Positions 63,594-64,000 of a stretch of DNA of 64,000 nucleotides are shown one piece after another. The notes under the pieces are model-generated. The model saw nothing but the letters and a program-made list of their open reading frames with translations. It made no database searches and had not been told where the DNA came from. The translations under genes and the position numbers were made by a program. The stretch's first letter is position 1. Every line of letters starts with the position of its first letter. The DNA comes from Actinomycetales bacterium (GTDB lineage: Bacteria > Actinomycetota > Actinomycetes > Actinomycetales > CAVURS01), in contig JBJMHS010000016.1 in NCBI GenBank assembly GCA_045807245.1, positions 41,952 to 105,951 of the forward strand. Direction: 5' to 3'.

Positions 63594-64000
63594 TCAGGAC
63601 CCCTCGGTCCCGGTGGCGCGCGGGCGGCGGGGCCGGAGCAGATGGACGGCGGCCGGGATCACCGACACGACCACGACGCCGATCAGGATGACGTCGATGT
63701 GCGGCTGGATGTGCTGCCGGACGAACTGAAACTGGCCGAGGTAGTAGCCCAGCAGCGTGACGCCGGTGGCCCACAGCGCGCCGCCGATGGCGCTGTAGGT
63801 GAGATAGAGGCGCCGGTCCATCTTGCCGACACCGGCCGTCACCGTGATGAACGTCCGGACGATCGGCACGAACCGGGCCAGGACGACCGCGGGGGCGCCG
63901 AAGCGCTCGAAGAACGCATGCGTGCGCTGCACGTTGTGCTGGCTGAACAGGCGCGAGTCCGGCTTGGTGAAGATCGCCGGGCCGGCCTTCCGCCCGATCT
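63594..64000 (-). CDS. dedA: DedA family membrane protein, 5' end outside the window
   Basis: The frame is open to the window edge (...GRKAGPAIFTKPDSRLFSQHNVQRTHAFFERFGAPAVVLARFVPIVRTFITVTAG). Confidence 0.8.
   Translation of the reverse strand, partial: IGRKAGPAIFTKPDSRLFSQHNVQRTHAFFERFGAPAVVLARFVPIVRTFITVTAGVGKMDRRLYLTYSAIGGALWATGVTLLGYYLGQFQFVRQHIQPHIDVILIGVVVVSVIPAAVHLLRPRRPRATGTEGS

Overview
This is a very GC-rich, gene-dense chromosomal segment that looks actinobacterial. The clues are a Bpa/PafE-type proteasome activator ending in GQYL, a cvnABCD conservon, a DUF222-HNH gene, frequent GTG/TTG starts and ATGA/GTGA start-stop overlaps. The genus cannot be called from the sequence alone. 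I support about 55 protein genes and one tRNA-Ser(UGA). I see no rRNA, CRISPR array, transposase or integrase.

Content from left to right:
- HAD hydrolase fragment, Bpa and a GNAT acetyltransferase.
- A secreted-protein/ABC/membrane-protein operon, then a PadR plus MacB-like ABC exporter operon, a quinone oxidoreductase and a MobA-like gene.
- A conservon with a roughly 1,530-aa CvnA.
- An MFS/MarR pair, cysK-cysE and an APC permease.
- A disrupted GT39 glycosyltransferase behind an OmpR-type two-component system.
- A divergent ApbE / ferric-reductase-like / NuoF-like / ferredoxin operon.
- A DUF222-HNH gene convergent with a SUKH-like gene, then ABC-F, an MFS transporter and a GT2-GtrA fusion.
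- An orphan phage-tail-tube-like gene and a large secreted alkaline-phosphatase-superfamily protein.
- tRNA-Ser, followed by a NarL regulator, an unknown 328-aa protein, a methyltransferase, an HTH-NB-ARC-TPR STAND protein and a signal-less HtrA-like protease.
- PPK2, XthA, a single-chain ECF sigma/anti-sigma/surface-domain fusion, pyrE, LemA and two DedA paralogues.

Most noteworthy:
- The ApbE redox operon has no visible canonical flavin-acceptor domain.
- The sigma/anti-sigma fusion.
- The repeat-laden CvnA tail.
- Two genes are interrupted by in-frame TAG, and one of them also carries a frameshift.
- A dispersed palindromic element of about 120-135 bp fills two convergent gene junctions.
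- A tandem triple hairpin repeat.
- The tRNA-proximal cluster of unknown function.

Many long ORFs in the six-frame track are Arg/Pro/Gly-rich antisense shadows and are not called. Hairpin and repeat coordinates were counted by eye and may be off by 1-2 nt.
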